DNA of 64,000 bases from a bacterium (GCA_965207065.1 OZ242260.1:2944001-3008000); one strand, 5' to 3'. Shown: positions 48,838 through 58,867, counted from the first letter of the stretch. The notes: generated from the letters alone by a model not told the origin. Translations and numbers: made by a program.

Positions 48838-49593
48838 GTGTCCGATCTCATTCTTGAAACGAAGTCGCTGACCAAGGCGTTCGGCGCGCTGGTCGCGGTC
48901 GACCACGTCGACTTCCAGCTCCCGAAAGGCCAGTTGCGGGCCATCATCGGTCCGAACGGCGCGGGCAAGAGCACGTTTTTCAGCATGCTGATGGGCGTGC
49001 AGCGGCCATCGGGCGGCGAGATACGGGTAAACGGGGTTGAAACCTCGCGCATGCCGCCCCACAAGATCAGCCGGCTCGGGGTCAGCCTCGCCTTTCAGAT
49101 CACCAACATATTTCCCGAGTTGACGGTGGCGGAGAACCTGCGCCTCGCGGCGCAGAACCGCGCCATGAGCTTTCATCCGTTCCGCAACGCCGCCGCGCAT
49201 CCAGGCGTCGAGGATAAGATTGACGAAGTGCTCGAGGAAATCGGGTTGGCCGCAAAGCGGGCGGAGCCGGCATCGAACCTGGCGCACGGAGAGCAGAAGT
49301 ATCTGGAAATCGGCCTTGCCCTGGCGCTATCGCCCGAATTGCTGCTTCTTGACGAGCCGACCGCAGGCATGAGCGCGGTCGAAACAAAGGAGACGGCCGG
49401 CCTGATCAAGCGCCTCTCCGAGAAGCTGAGCATCGTCCTCGTGGAACACGACATGGACGTCGTGATGTCGATCGCCGAGACGATCAGCGTGTTCCACCAG
49501 GGGCGCATCATCGCGGAGGGTACTCCCGAGGAGATAAAGGACGACGACGACGTGCAGCGCGTATACCTGAGAAGCTCCGATGCTGCGGCTTGA
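48838..49593 (+). CDS. livG: Branched-chain ABC ATPase
   Basis: GPNGAGKST, LAHGEQ, LLDEPTAG, VEHD; GTG start. Confidence 0.9.
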   Translation: MSDLILETKSLTKAFGALVAVDHVDFQLPKGQLRAIIGPNGAGKSTFFSMLMGVQRPSGGEIRVNGVETSRMPPHKISRLGVSLAFQITNIFPELTVAENLRLAAQNRAMSFHPFRNAAAHPGVEDKIDEVLEEIGLAAKRAEPASNLAHGEQKYLEIGLALALSPELLLLDEPTAGMSAVETKETAGLIKRLSEKLSIVLVEHDMDVVMSIAETISVFHQGRIIAEGTPEEIKDDDDVQRVYLRSSDAAA

Positions 49594-50293
49594 AGCCGTC
49601 CACTCCTATTACGAGAAGAGCCACGTCCTTCAAGGGGTGAGCCTCGAAATCGGCGAAGGCGAGACCGTCTCGCTGCTCGGGCGGAACGGCGTGGGCAAAT
49701 CGACCACCATGCGGACCATCATGGGCCTCAACCCGCCGCGCCGCGGACAGATATTCTTTGAAGAACACGACGTCACCGGGGTTCCGCCCTACAAAATGGC
49801 GACGCTGGGCATCGGCTACGTTCCCGAAGACCGGCAGGTGTTTCCCCGACTCTCCGTGATGCAGAACCTGCGCATCGGCCTCGACCTGCTGCCGCTCACC
49901 GAGGGCGAGAAGCAAAAAAGCCTGGACGCCGTATACGAATCGTTTCCCCGCCTGCAGGAGCGGGCCGACCAGGTCGGCTCGACACTTTCGGGCGGCGAAC
50001 AGCAGATGCTGGCGCTTGCGCGGGCGATCGTCACCAAGCCGAAACTCATATTGCTCGATGAACCCACCGAGGGCCTGATGCCCGCCATGGTGCATGAGAT
50101 CGAACAGATCATCCGGTGGATGGCGGAAGAACTCGGAATCGCCATCCTCCTCGTCGAGCAGGACTACCGGCTGGCCCTGCGGGCAAGCGCGCGAGGCTAC
50201 ATCATGGCCAAGGGCCACATCGTCCATAGCGGCGAGTCGGGCGAAATCCTGGACGACCCGGAAACCCTGCACGAGCACCTGGGAGTCTCCTGA
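49580..50293 (+). CDS. livF: Branched-chain ABC ATPase
   Basis: GRNGVGKST, VPEDR, LSGGEQQML, LDEPTEGL. Confidence 0.9.
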   Translation: MLRLEAVHSYYEKSHVLQGVSLEIGEGETVSLLGRNGVGKSTTMRTIMGLNPPRRGQIFFEEHDVTGVPPYKMATLGIGYVPEDRQVFPRLSVMQNLRIGLDLLPLTEGEKQKSLDAVYESFPRLQERADQVGSTLSGGEQQMLALARAIVTKPKLILLDEPTEGLMPAMVHEIEQIIRWMAEELGIAILLVEQDYRLALRASARGYIMAKGHIVHSGESGEILDDPETLHEHLGVS

Positions 50294-51177
50294 TGGAGCA
50301 ATTCCTGGAACGCCTGGTGATCGAATCCGTCATGGGACTCCAGAACGGTCTCGTGCTGGCCCTCGTCGCCGCAGGCTTCACCCTCATCCTGGGCGTCATG
50401 AACATCGTCAATTTCGCCCACGGGGAATTCTACATGGCCGGCGCATTCGCCGGTTGGCTCACACTCAAATTCGGCTCCGCCGTCTTCGGGTTCTGGGGGG
50501 CTGTGGTGATCGCGGGCGTCGTCGTCGCCGCCTTCGGGTTCGCCATCGAACGGAGCCTGTTCCGGACGACGCACGGGGGAAATCCGTTCATTCCCCTGCT
50601 GGTGTCCTTCGGGCTGGCGCTCGTGCTCCAGCAGGCGGCACTGACCATTTTCGGCACCATCGGCAAGTTCATGGCCCCGCCGATCAAGGCGTCGGTTCCA
50701 TTTTTCGACCTGGAATTCCCGCTGTACCGGATCGTCATCATGGGGGTGGCCGCGCTCATCATGCTCCTGCTCTGGCTGTTCGTCACGCGGACGAAATGGG
50801 GGGTGTGGATTCAGGCGACCATCCAGAACCGGGAGATGGCCGCCTGCATGGGGGTGCCCGTGCCCCGGGTGTACCAGCTGGTCTTTTCGGTCGGGTGCGG
50901 GCTTGCCGCGATGAGCGGCGTCCTCGTCGCCCCGATATTCAGCGTGGACTATTCGATGGGCTCGGACATCATCGTCGCCGCCTTCATCGTGGTTGTCGTC
51001 GGCGGTCTGGGCAGTCTGCCGGGGACGATGCTTGCGGCGCTCCTGATAGGGGAGCTCGAGGCCATCGGCTCTATTTTCCTGGAGGGTTCCCAGCCTCAGA
51101 TCCTGAGCCTTCTCGTCCTGCTGGTGTTCCTGGTCTTCCGGCCCAACGGCCTGATGGGTGAGCGGGGTCTCGAATGA
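50293..51177 (+). CDS. livH: Branched-chain ABC permease
   Basis: GFTLILGVMNIVNFAHG, VVGGLGSLPG, RPNGLMG. Confidence 0.9.
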   Translation: MEQFLERLVIESVMGLQNGLVLALVAAGFTLILGVMNIVNFAHGEFYMAGAFAGWLTLKFGSAVFGFWGAVVIAGVVVAAFGFAIERSLFRTTHGGNPFIPLLVSFGLALVLQQAALTIFGTIGKFMAPPIKASVPFFDLEFPLYRIVIMGVAALIMLLLWLFVTRTKWGVWIQATIQNREMAACMGVPVPRVYQLVFSVGCGLAAMSGVLVAPIFSVDYSMGSDIIVAAFIVVVVGGLGSLPGTMLAALLIGELEAIGSIFLEGSQPQILSLLVLLVFLVFRPNGLMGERGLE

Positions 51178-52307
51178 TGGACCTCGCGCTTCGCATCGGC
51201 GTTCCGGTCGTCGCCCTGATAGGGGTGACGTTCTGGCTGTTGCCGGTGTCGGCGGCGGTGGAATTGCTCGGCATCCTCGCCTTGCTGCCGTTCATCGTAT
51301 GGGTTTTGTCCAGACTGCCCGACCGGGTGAAGCTCGGCCTCCAGCCGTTTTTCGGCGTCCGGTACGCCGCCCCCGTGATTTTCGCCGTGGGTTTAAGCCT
51401 GCCGTTCTGGGCAGGGGATTTCGAGCTCAGGTTCTACAGCGAGATGCTCATCCTGGGCCTGCTGGCGATGAGCCTCGACGTGATGATGGGTTTCGTGGGG
51501 CTCGCCAGTTTCGCGCACGCGGCGCTTGCGGGCGTCGGGGCCTACGGCGCCGCGATCATGCTGACCAGATTCGGATGGACCCCCTGGGCGGCGATAGGGT
51601 TCGCCGTCGTCCTGGGAACGGCGCTCACGACCTGCATGGGCGCGTTTTCCGTGCGCGTGCGCGACATCTACTTCGGCATCATCACGCTGGTGTTCGGCAG
51701 CGTGGCGTTCATCGTCGCGAACTCGTGGGTCTCGGTGACCAACGGCGAGGACGGCATGACGATAGACCTGCCCACGCTCGGGTTTTTCGGGCTGTTCGGG
51801 GTCGAAACCGGGGAGTTTTCGCACTTCTGGTACCTGACGTTCGGCGTGGTGTTCTTATCCTATCTTTCCCTGCGGGCTTTTCTCCGCTCGCCGGTCGGTC
51901 TCGTGTTCATGGGCATTCGCGAGAACGAGCGGCGCGCCGCCTACCTCGGCTACAACGTGAACGCCTACAAGATATTCAACACGGCGGTTTCGGGGTTCTT
52001 CACTTCGGTGGCGGGGGTGCTGGTGCTTCTGAAAAACGGCATCATCGGCACGGAGCAGATGGACGTGATCCATTCGGGGGAAATCGTCATCTGGTCGGTC
52101 GTGGGCGGGCTCGGAACGCTCATCGGCCCCTTCGTCGGGGCGAGTTTCGTCCATTACCTGAACGATTTTCTGGGCGAATACACCGAGCGGGCGATCCTGG
52201 TCATCGGCCTGTTCTTCATCATCACGATTTTGCTGGCCCCCAGGGGCATCGTCGGCTCGATCATCGAGGTGTGGCGGGTGCAGCCAGGGGCCGGGAGCGA
52301 GGAGTAA
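51174..52307 (+). CDS. livM: Branched-chain ABC permease
   Basis: GLASFAHAA, YFGIITL, TNGEDG, IRENERRA, GGLGTLIGP, PRG. Confidence 0.9.
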   Translation: MMDLALRIGVPVVALIGVTFWLLPVSAAVELLGILALLPFIVWVLSRLPDRVKLGLQPFFGVRYAAPVIFAVGLSLPFWAGDFELRFYSEMLILGLLAMSLDVMMGFVGLASFAHAALAGVGAYGAAIMLTRFGWTPWAAIGFAVVLGTALTTCMGAFSVRVRDIYFGIITLVFGSVAFIVANSWVSVTNGEDGMTIDLPTLGFFGLFGVETGEFSHFWYLTFGVVFLSYLSLRAFLRSPVGLVFMGIRENERRAAYLGYNVNAYKIFNTAVSGFFTSVAGVLVLLKNGIIGTEQMDVIHSGEIVIWSVVGGLGTLIGPFVGASFVHYLNDFLGEYTERAILVIGLFFIITILLAPRGIVGSIIEVWRVQPGAGSEE

Positions 52308-52322
52308 AAACCCTTCCTGAGC

Positions 52323-52804
52323 GGTGTTGTTGAAAAGGTCCTTTTCAGGGGTAGAGGAGGGGCCCCTCTCGAATGGAAAAGCAACCCCCCTGTCCCCCCT
52401 TGTCAGGGGGGTAAAGGCGATGCCCCCGATGAGAAGGTGGAAGAAAAGCCCCTAGATGCGGGAAAACACTGTCATTCCGGCGAAAGCCGGAATCCATTTT
52501 ATGATTTTGCTTTCGTTTTCGCATTTGATTCCGACTCGCGGGAGGTCAAACACGACCGAGGAGGGAGCGTTTGCCGCCCCTGGATCCGGAACGGATGAGG
52601 CGGATATGTGAGGCGGCGTTCGTATCCTCCTCGCCGGGAGCGAGAACGTCCGGGCGAAAGGCCAAAGACAAAGGCGAAAATGGATTCCGTCGAACCCTCA
52701 ATCATCAATCGGGTTCGACCTCCCGCATCGGTCGGCTCCGACACCAGAATGACGAGCAAAGGCGGTGGTCAATTCCGATCGGGGAGGACTTTTTCAACAA
52801 CCCC
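52323..52804. mobile_element. MITE-like element with GTTGAAAA ends and nested repeats
   Basis: Left gtgttgttgaaaaggtcc, right ggactttttcaacaacccc; contains the CCCCCTTGTCAGGGGGG unit and gtcattccggcgaaagccggaatcca (52471-52496). Confidence 0.6.
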
Positions 52805-52941
52805 GTATTTGACCGGGTTCACACGCTCAACTCCGTGACAATGCGCCTGCTCCGGCTATCTGGGTGGCGGGAAAAGTTGTATATTCAGTTATCCGAAAAT
52901 TGAGGGATATGGAACCGGCTCTCTTACAAAAGGAGATGGAT

Positions 52942-54063
52942 ATGAAACGAAACCTGAAAACCTGTTTTTTCCTCATTCCTCTCGTCATGATCCTGGCGGC
53001 GGCTTTCGTTGCGCCCGCCTTCGGCGCGACCCCGATTTCGCCCCAGGAGAAAAAGCTGATTCCGCTCGCAAAGAAGGAAGGAGCTGTCACCTTCCTCCAA
53101 ACCTCCTTCAATAACCCGACAATCCGGCGCATACGCGCAGCCTTCACCAAGCATTATGGCTTGGGAAGCGGCTTCAAGCTGAACTCCATCCAGAAAGGTA
53201 CGGGGCCCACCGTGTCCCAGGCACGTCAGGAGATACGGGCGAACAAGTTCAGTTTCGACGCGGTCGCCGTCGCCTCTGCTGGCTTCTTCATCGGCGCCGC
53301 CAGGGCGGGGGCTTTCCTACCCCTGGACAGCGGCCAGTTGAAGAACCACGAGGAAAACGCAAAAGCGCGCGGGGTTTTCTATGATTACCCCCATTTTATC
53401 GCCCCTTTCTCATACACCTTTCAGCCCGTCTGGAACTCGGGGTGCCCCGGCGTAGAGGATTTGAAGGTCAACTCCTACAGTGACATCCTGGACAACCCCA
53501 AGCTGAAAGGGAAAGTTATCGCCAGCGACGTCACCAAGAGCACCTCCTACTCCCTCACGACCATCGGCCTGATGGAGAACGGATTCGACGTGCACGGGAT
53601 GTGGAAGAAGCTCAAGGCTCTCGACCCGCTCGTGGGTTTCCGCACCTCGGCGAAGCTGCAGTTGATGGCGAACTGCGAAGGCGCCGTAGACATGTGGAAC
53701 CTCACCGGCCGGATGATCCAGATAATCCGCAAGAAGCCGGACCTCGCCAAGGTCCTGCGGTGGGGCACCTACAAGGAAGGCCAGGTTCTCTTCGGCATGC
53801 AGGCGGGCGTCGTCAAGGGCGCGTCGAATCCCAACGCGGGCAAGCTGTTGATGGATTTCCTCCTGACCAAAGAGGCGGTGGACATCGTCGCCGAGGAGGA
53901 AATCAGCTTCTACTCCATGCTCAAAGGCTACAAGCCGCCCGAGTCCGTCAAGAAGTACATGATGGATTTCGACAAAGTAAAAACCCTCCCCATCAAGGAT
54001 CAAACTGCTGCGGCGAAGAAGTTCAAGAAAATGCGCAGAGAGTGGCAGCAGGTATTCCGTTAA
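52942..54063 (+). CDS. ABC substrate-binding protein (Fe3+/thiamine/polyamine-like cluster)
   Basis: Signal peptide; AKKEGAV, NPKLKGK, ASNPNAGKLLMDFLLTKE; RBS aaggaga. Confidence 0.85.
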   Translation: MKRNLKTCFFLIPLVMILAAAFVAPAFGATPISPQEKKLIPLAKKEGAVTFLQTSFNNPTIRRIRAAFTKHYGLGSGFKLNSIQKGTGPTVSQARQEIRANKFSFDAVAVASAGFFIGAARAGAFLPLDSGQLKNHEENAKARGVFYDYPHFIAPFSYTFQPVWNSGCPGVEDLKVNSYSDILDNPKLKGKVIASDVTKSTSYSLTTIGLMENGFDVHGMWKKLKALDPLVGFRTSAKLQLMANCEGAVDMWNLTGRMIQIIRKKPDLAKVLRWGTYKEGQVLFGMQAGVVKGASNPNAGKLLMDFLLTKEAVDIVAEEEISFYSMLKGYKPPESVKKYMMDFDKVKTLPIKDQTAAAKKFKKMRREWQQVFR

Positions 54064-54147
54064 TCGCTAGCGGCATGCCCCGGCTCCGGGGCCGGGAGAC
54101 GAGGCAGTCGTCTCCCGGCCTCTGAACCACTTGATCGAGGGGAGAAC

Positions 54148-55896
54148 ATGGCTGGCATATCCGGTTCGGAGGCCGTTCCCAGGAACTACCTGAGCCACCT
54201 TCGGAACTTGTTTCAGGCTGAAAATCTGACCACCGCCATCGTCAGCATAATCGTCACGGTCTTGGTGGTGACCCCCCTGATCGCCCTGGTGGTGGGAAGC
54301 TTCCTCGTACTGGACGATCTGGGCTTCGGCGCGGAGTGGGGCCTCGAGAACTACCGGGAGATGTTCCAGGATCCCGTCATCCGCAGAGCCTTCTTCAACA
54401 CCCTCTTCGTGAGTACGGGCGCCACTCTGCTGGCCACCTTCATGGGCGTATCTCTCGCCTGGATCAACGCCCGGACGAATTGCCCCCTGCGGGACAGGCT
54501 CGAGCCGATGAACCTGATCCCTTTCTTTCTCAGCCCTTTCGTCGGGGCGATCGCCTGGCACAATCTCGCCTCGCCCAAGGTCGGGATGCTGAACAATCTG
54601 GCGCGCGACCTGTTCGGGATAGAGGGCGCCCTCCTGAACGTGAACAATCTGTTCGGGATCATCTGGGTGACGGGGATATTCTTTACGCCTCTCATCTATC
54701 TCTTCGTCGTGGGTTCGCTCAGGCGCATGGATCCCTCCCTCGAAGACAGCGCGCGCGTGACCGGGGCGGGTTTGCTCCGCACCACCCTGACCGTCTCCTT
54801 GCCGCTCGTAGCGCCTGGCATCCTTTCGGGCGCCATCATCGTCTTCGTCACGAGCGCAGGGGAATTCGGCGTGCCCTTCAAGCTGGGCGCGCCCTACGGC
54901 TGGGAAACCCTGACCACCCAGATATTCACCAAGGCCGTGGGTGATCAGGCGAACACCTATATGGGCTCGGCCATGAGCATGGTCCTCGGCGTTATCACGG
55001 CCATCTTCATCTGGGTGCAGCGGCGCATCATCGCGCCCCGGGAGTTCACCACCGTGACCGGCAAAGGCTTCCGGCCCAACCTCATCGACCTGGGCCGGTG
55101 GAAGTGGGCAGCCTTCGGCTACAACGTCTTCTACATTTTCGTCACCGTCGTACTGCCCATCTTCAGCATTCTCGTGGTGAGCCTCCACAACGTATGGGTG
55201 GGGAAGATCATACCGGCGGATTTCACTTCACTGAATTACGAGCGAATCCTTTTCTTCTGGACGCCAAATGTGATTCAGCCGGCGACGAACGGCATTTTGA
55301 ACAGCTTCATCCTCGCCATATCGGGTTCTACGATCGCGATGATCCTAGCCGTCATTCTTTCCTTCCAGATTCATCGCCGCCGGGGCAGGTTTGGCGGTCT
55401 GCTCGATTTCCTGTGCGCCGTGCCCGTGGGCTTTCCGGGCATCGTGCTCGGGATGGGAATACTCATCGTCTACATCAAGACGCCCATCTACGGCACCCTC
55501 TGGATACTCCTCCTCGGCTACGTCACCCGGTTCTTCCCTTACGGACAGCGTAACGTGGCCTCCGTCATGCTCGCCGTCTCGGAAGAACTCGAACAGAGCT
55601 CCCGGCTCGTCGGCGCCTCCTGGGCGACGACGCTCAGGCGCATCACCATCCCGCTTCTCAAGCCGGGCATTTTCGCCGGCTGGCTCCTCATGTTCCTGAT
55701 CTTCATCCGAGAACTCTCCATCTCCATCATCCTGTTCACAGCGGGTACGGAGACCCTCTCCACCGGCATCTACTACCTCCAGGAGTACGAGACGGAATCG
55801 CTCACCTGCACCCTCTCCGTCATCCAGACTTTCGTCCTCCTTGCCTGTGTCCTCCTGTTTCGTAAGATAGTGGGCAGGGAGGCGCTCGTAGCCTGA
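54148..55896 (+). CDS. FbpB/ThiP-type fused double-domain ABC permease
   Basis: Two EAA-like loops (DPSLEDSARVTGA, ELEQSSRLVGA), TVTGKGFRP linker. Confidence 0.9.
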   Translation: MAGISGSEAVPRNYLSHLRNLFQAENLTTAIVSIIVTVLVVTPLIALVVGSFLVLDDLGFGAEWGLENYREMFQDPVIRRAFFNTLFVSTGATLLATFMGVSLAWINARTNCPLRDRLEPMNLIPFFLSPFVGAIAWHNLASPKVGMLNNLARDLFGIEGALLNVNNLFGIIWVTGIFFTPLIYLFVVGSLRRMDPSLEDSARVTGAGLLRTTLTVSLPLVAPGILSGAIIVFVTSAGEFGVPFKLGAPYGWETLTTQIFTKAVGDQANTYMGSAMSMVLGVITAIFIWVQRRIIAPREFTTVTGKGFRPNLIDLGRWKWAAFGYNVFYIFVTVVLPIFSILVVSLHNVWVGKIIPADFTSLNYERILFFWTPNVIQPATNGILNSFILAISGSTIAMILAVILSFQIHRRRGRFGGLLDFLCAVPVGFPGIVLGMGILIVYIKTPIYGTLWILLLGYVTRFFPYGQRNVASVMLAVSEELEQSSRLVGASWATTLRRITIPLLKPGIFAGWLLMFLIFIRELSISIILFTAGTETLSTGIYYLQEYETESLTCTLSVIQTFVLLACVLLFRKIVGREALVA

Positions 55897-55984
55897 TCCG
55901 TCGCCGTACGGCCCGATATCGTTTTTTCGACATGTCCAGTTTCGGCGCTTTTTGCGTCGATGGAGCATATGAAGGAGGTTCGTC

Positions 55985-56872
55985 ATGACCGCGCAGACCA
56001 TCGCCATCATCAGTCCGGGGGAATTGGGGAGCGCCGTAGGCGGCGTTTTGAAGGAAAACGGATTCGCCGCCGTAGCCTGCCTTTCGGGACGCAGCGCGCT
56101 CACGCGCGAGCGGGCCCTGGCGGCGGGGTTCCGGGAGGTTCCGACCATGGGAGCGCTATTGGAAGAGGCGGACCTGGTGCTCTCCATCATGCCGCCCGCC
56201 TGCGCGGTGGACGCGGCCAGAGAGATAGCAGCGGCCATGAAAGCCACCGGCCATCGTCCGGTTTATGTCGATTGCAACGCCATATCGCCCGATTCCACCC
56301 GCCAGGCCGGGAAAATCATCACGGATGCGGGAGGGGTTTATATCGACGGCGGGATCATCGTCGGTCCGCCGCCCTGGGAGGAGAGGGTCCCTGTTTTCTA
56401 CGTGAGCGGCGAATGCACCGACCCGATGACCGCACTGGACGGAAAGGGTATTTCCGTGCGCGTGGTCGGGAGCGAGATCGGCCGCGCATCGGGCCTCAAG
56501 ATGTGCTCCGCAGCGCTCAGAAAGGGAACCCTCGCGCTGCAGACCGCCGTTCTCATCGCCGCCGAGGCGATGGGGCTGGGCGAGGAATTTGAAAAGGAGA
56601 TGCTCGGCAGCCGCGAGGCCCTCTACCGACAGATGGAATCGGGAACGCGGCGCCTCCCCTCCGTGGCGGCGAGGTACATCGGCGAGATGGAGGAGATAGC
56701 CGCGGCGTTCTCCTCCGTCGGCGTCACGCCGAAGTTTCATCAGGGCGCCCATGATGTCTACCGGCTCCTCTCCGGGACGCCGTACGCCACCGAGACCCCG
56801 GACACGATAGACGGCGGACGCTCGCTGAAAGAAGCGGCGCGGACCTATGTGAATCACCTGCCGATGGAATGA
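55985..56872 (+). CDS. NAD(P)-dependent oxidoreductase, 6-phosphogluconate/3-hydroxyisobutyrate DH-like with DUF1932-like C-terminus
   Basis: IAIISPGELG, YVDCNAISP, DGGII.GPP, ASGLKMC, RYIGEMEEIA. Confidence 0.85.
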   Translation: MTAQTIAIISPGELGSAVGGVLKENGFAAVACLSGRSALTRERALAAGFREVPTMGALLEEADLVLSIMPPACAVDAAREIAAAMKATGHRPVYVDCNAISPDSTRQAGKIITDAGGVYIDGGIIVGPPPWEERVPVFYVSGECTDPMTALDGKGISVRVVGSEIGRASGLKMCSAALRKGTLALQTAVLIAAEAMGLGEEFEKEMLGSREALYRQMESGTRRLPSVAARYIGEMEEIAAAFSSVGVTPKFHQGAHDVYRLLSGTPYATETPDTIDGGRSLKEAARTYVNHLPME

Positions 56873-56991
56873 TAGAGCTGAGTTCGGCGCATCAGGATTA
56901 TCCCTGTCGGCGCCTCGCGTATCGAAAGCGCATCCTTTGCCGATTGCTCGCGTCAAACCCTCTCCCCCTGCGGGTCAATACGTCCCGGACT

Positions 56992-57340
56992 GGGGCTGTT
57001 GAAAAAGCCCTCCTCGCTCGGAATTGACCACCGTCGGCGAGGTAGCGCACTTCGCCCTTGAACAAAATTGCCAACCAACGAGAGAGAAGCGAATCACTCC
57101 CCCCTTGAGGGGGAGTCGAAGAGGCCGAGCGGTTTGTGCGAAGGCCGATTCGGTGGGGGGACATGCCACGGATAAAATCTCCCCCCACCAACTCGCCTGC
57201 GGGCTTCGCCCTTGTCTCGTTGACTCCCCCTCAAGGGGGGAGTGGTTGGTTGGCGTTCTACAAGGGTGGAATGAAGTCACCTCTCTCCTGGGCCGGCTCC
57301 ATACGCCGAATCACGAAATCAGGGGTTTTTCAACAACCCC
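56992..57340. mobile_element. MITE-like element with GTTGAAAAA ends enclosing a long hairpin
   Basis: ggggctgttgaaaaagccc ... ggggtttttcaacaacccc; perfect 23-bp inverted repeat at 57095-57117/57222-57244; first 42 bp are 38/42 identical to the reverse complement of 52763-52804. Confidence 0.7.
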
Positions 57341-57381
57341 TTGTCAGGGGGTATAAAAAGGCGATGCATTCCCGCCGGGCA

Positions 57382-57495
57382 GGGGCTGTTGAAAAACCCG
57401 TTTCGAATCCGGGCGTATCTATTACCTACCGGGGAGTGAACTTCAAGACCCTCGAGGGATCAAACCCAACCTTTTCGGGGTTTTTCATCAACCCC
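57382..57495. mobile_element. Short MITE-like element
   Basis: ggggctgttgaaaaaccc ... gggtttttcatcaacccc terminal inverted repeats. Confidence 0.6.
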
Positions 57496-57791
57496 GGATG
57501 GGTCGGAATCGAGTCGCGCATTTGCCCGCATTTGCGAGGAAGGGGATTTACGGACGTGCGCGTATCGTACGGCTCCCTCTCCTCGTGCGGGAGGGAGCGC
57601 GCCGTGAGCGTGCCCGGTTATCCGGCGCGCGGGAGACGCGAATCGCAGGCGCCTGGTTTCGAGAGGGCTTTTGGGCGGTGTGGTTGCCGCCCCGGGATTC
57701 GCGTCCGGCCCGACCATTGCTCGGGCGGCGTCCGGTGAGCCGGGCGGGCGATGGCCGTGCGCGCGAAGACCTCGAATACCTGAATAATTCA

Positions 57792-57841
57792 ATAAAATAA
57801 GATAAATTCACGGGGTTTTTAGATAAATTCACGGGGTATTT
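57792..57841. repeat. Dispersed AT-rich repeat with a local tandem duplication
   Basis: ataaaataagataaattcacggggtttttagataaat is 35/37 identical to 3454-3490; agataaattcacggggt occurs twice with a 21-bp period. Confidence 0.8.
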
Positions 57842-58046
57842 CCGAAAATTAATGCGCCCCTGTCAGTACTCGAAACGAAATCATCTATCCGGCGCAAGTC
57901 GTTGTTATATATAGGTAAATGAAATATCATCCTGGACCGTAAGCGCAGGGCTGGTCGGATGGGCCTCTCTCGCGTAGAATGCGGTGCACGGAGCCAGGGA
58001 CGAGCCGTAACCTGTTGAATAATCACTCTTTGGAGGATCGCGCGCC

Positions 58047-58847
58047 ATGCTCGAGGGCAAGAAGGTCATCGTCACGGGAGGGGGAAGCGGCATCGGCCGC
58101 GCCACGTGCGTCCTCGCCGCCAGCGAGGGGGCGGACGTCGCCGTGGCCGACATCAACCCCGAAACCGCCGCCGAGACGGTCTATATGGTGGAAAAACAAG
58201 GCGCTAAGGCTATCCTCATCGAGATGGATACGGCGAAAAAAGCGGACGCCGAGCGCATGACGGCCGAGGCCGTAGACGCTTTCGGGACAATAGACGGCCT
58301 CGTCTGCTGCGCGATAAAGCTCGTGCCCGGAAAGCTGGAGGAATTGCCAGAAGCCGACTGGGACATGGTGATGGACATCGGGCTCAAGGGCTATTTTCTC
58401 TGCGCCCAGGCGGCGGGACGGGTGATGCTGGAGAAGGGAAGCGGCTCCCTCGTCTTCGTCTCCTCCATCGGCGGCATGCAGACCTACCCCCTCGCGGGCG
58501 CTTACAGCGTATGCAAGGCAGGGGCGATCATGCTCAGCAAGCTCTTCGGCGTGGAATGGGGCGATCGCGGCGTTCGCGCGAACACCGTCTCGCCCGGCCA
58601 GGTGCGCACCCCGATGACCGAGGCCATGTTCCAGGACCCGGAAATCGCGGCGGGGCGCGCCTCCGTCGTGCCGATGGGCCGCGTGGCGAGCCCTGAGGAC
58701 ATCGCGGAGGGATGCGTGTTCCTCCTCTCGGACCGGGCGAGATACATCACGGCAGCGAACCTGCCCATCGACGGCGGGCAGGTGGAGAGCAAGATGATTC
58801 ATACGCCCGGACGTAACTGGGGCGGCAGGAAAATCGAGTATAAATGA
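58047..58847 (+). CDS. SDR family oxidoreductase
   Basis: TGGGSGIG, VSS, YSVCK, NTVSPG, DGG. Confidence 0.93.
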   Translation: MLEGKKVIVTGGGSGIGRATCVLAASEGADVAVADINPETAAETVYMVEKQGAKAILIEMDTAKKADAERMTAEAVDAFGTIDGLVCCAIKLVPGKLEELPEADWDMVMDIGLKGYFLCAQAAGRVMLEKGSGSLVFVSSIGGMQTYPLAGAYSVCKAGAIMLSKLFGVEWGDRGVRANTVSPGQVRTPMTEAMFQDPEIAAGRASVVPMGRVASPEDIAEGCVFLLSDRARYITAANLPIDGGQVESKMIHTPGRNWGGRKIEYK

Positions 58848-58867
58848 CTTGAGAGAGGAGGTTCCTT

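Noticed and set aside
4555-56247. Many long antisense or alternate-frame ORFs (e.g. 4555-5466, 9553-10716, 16343-17509, 21999-23120, 26707-27807, 35663-36934, 40116-41156, 51158-52333, 54067-55188)
   Set aside because: Each overlaps a motif-supported gene, has Arg/Gly/Ala-rich composition and no motifs; expected in high-GC DNA.
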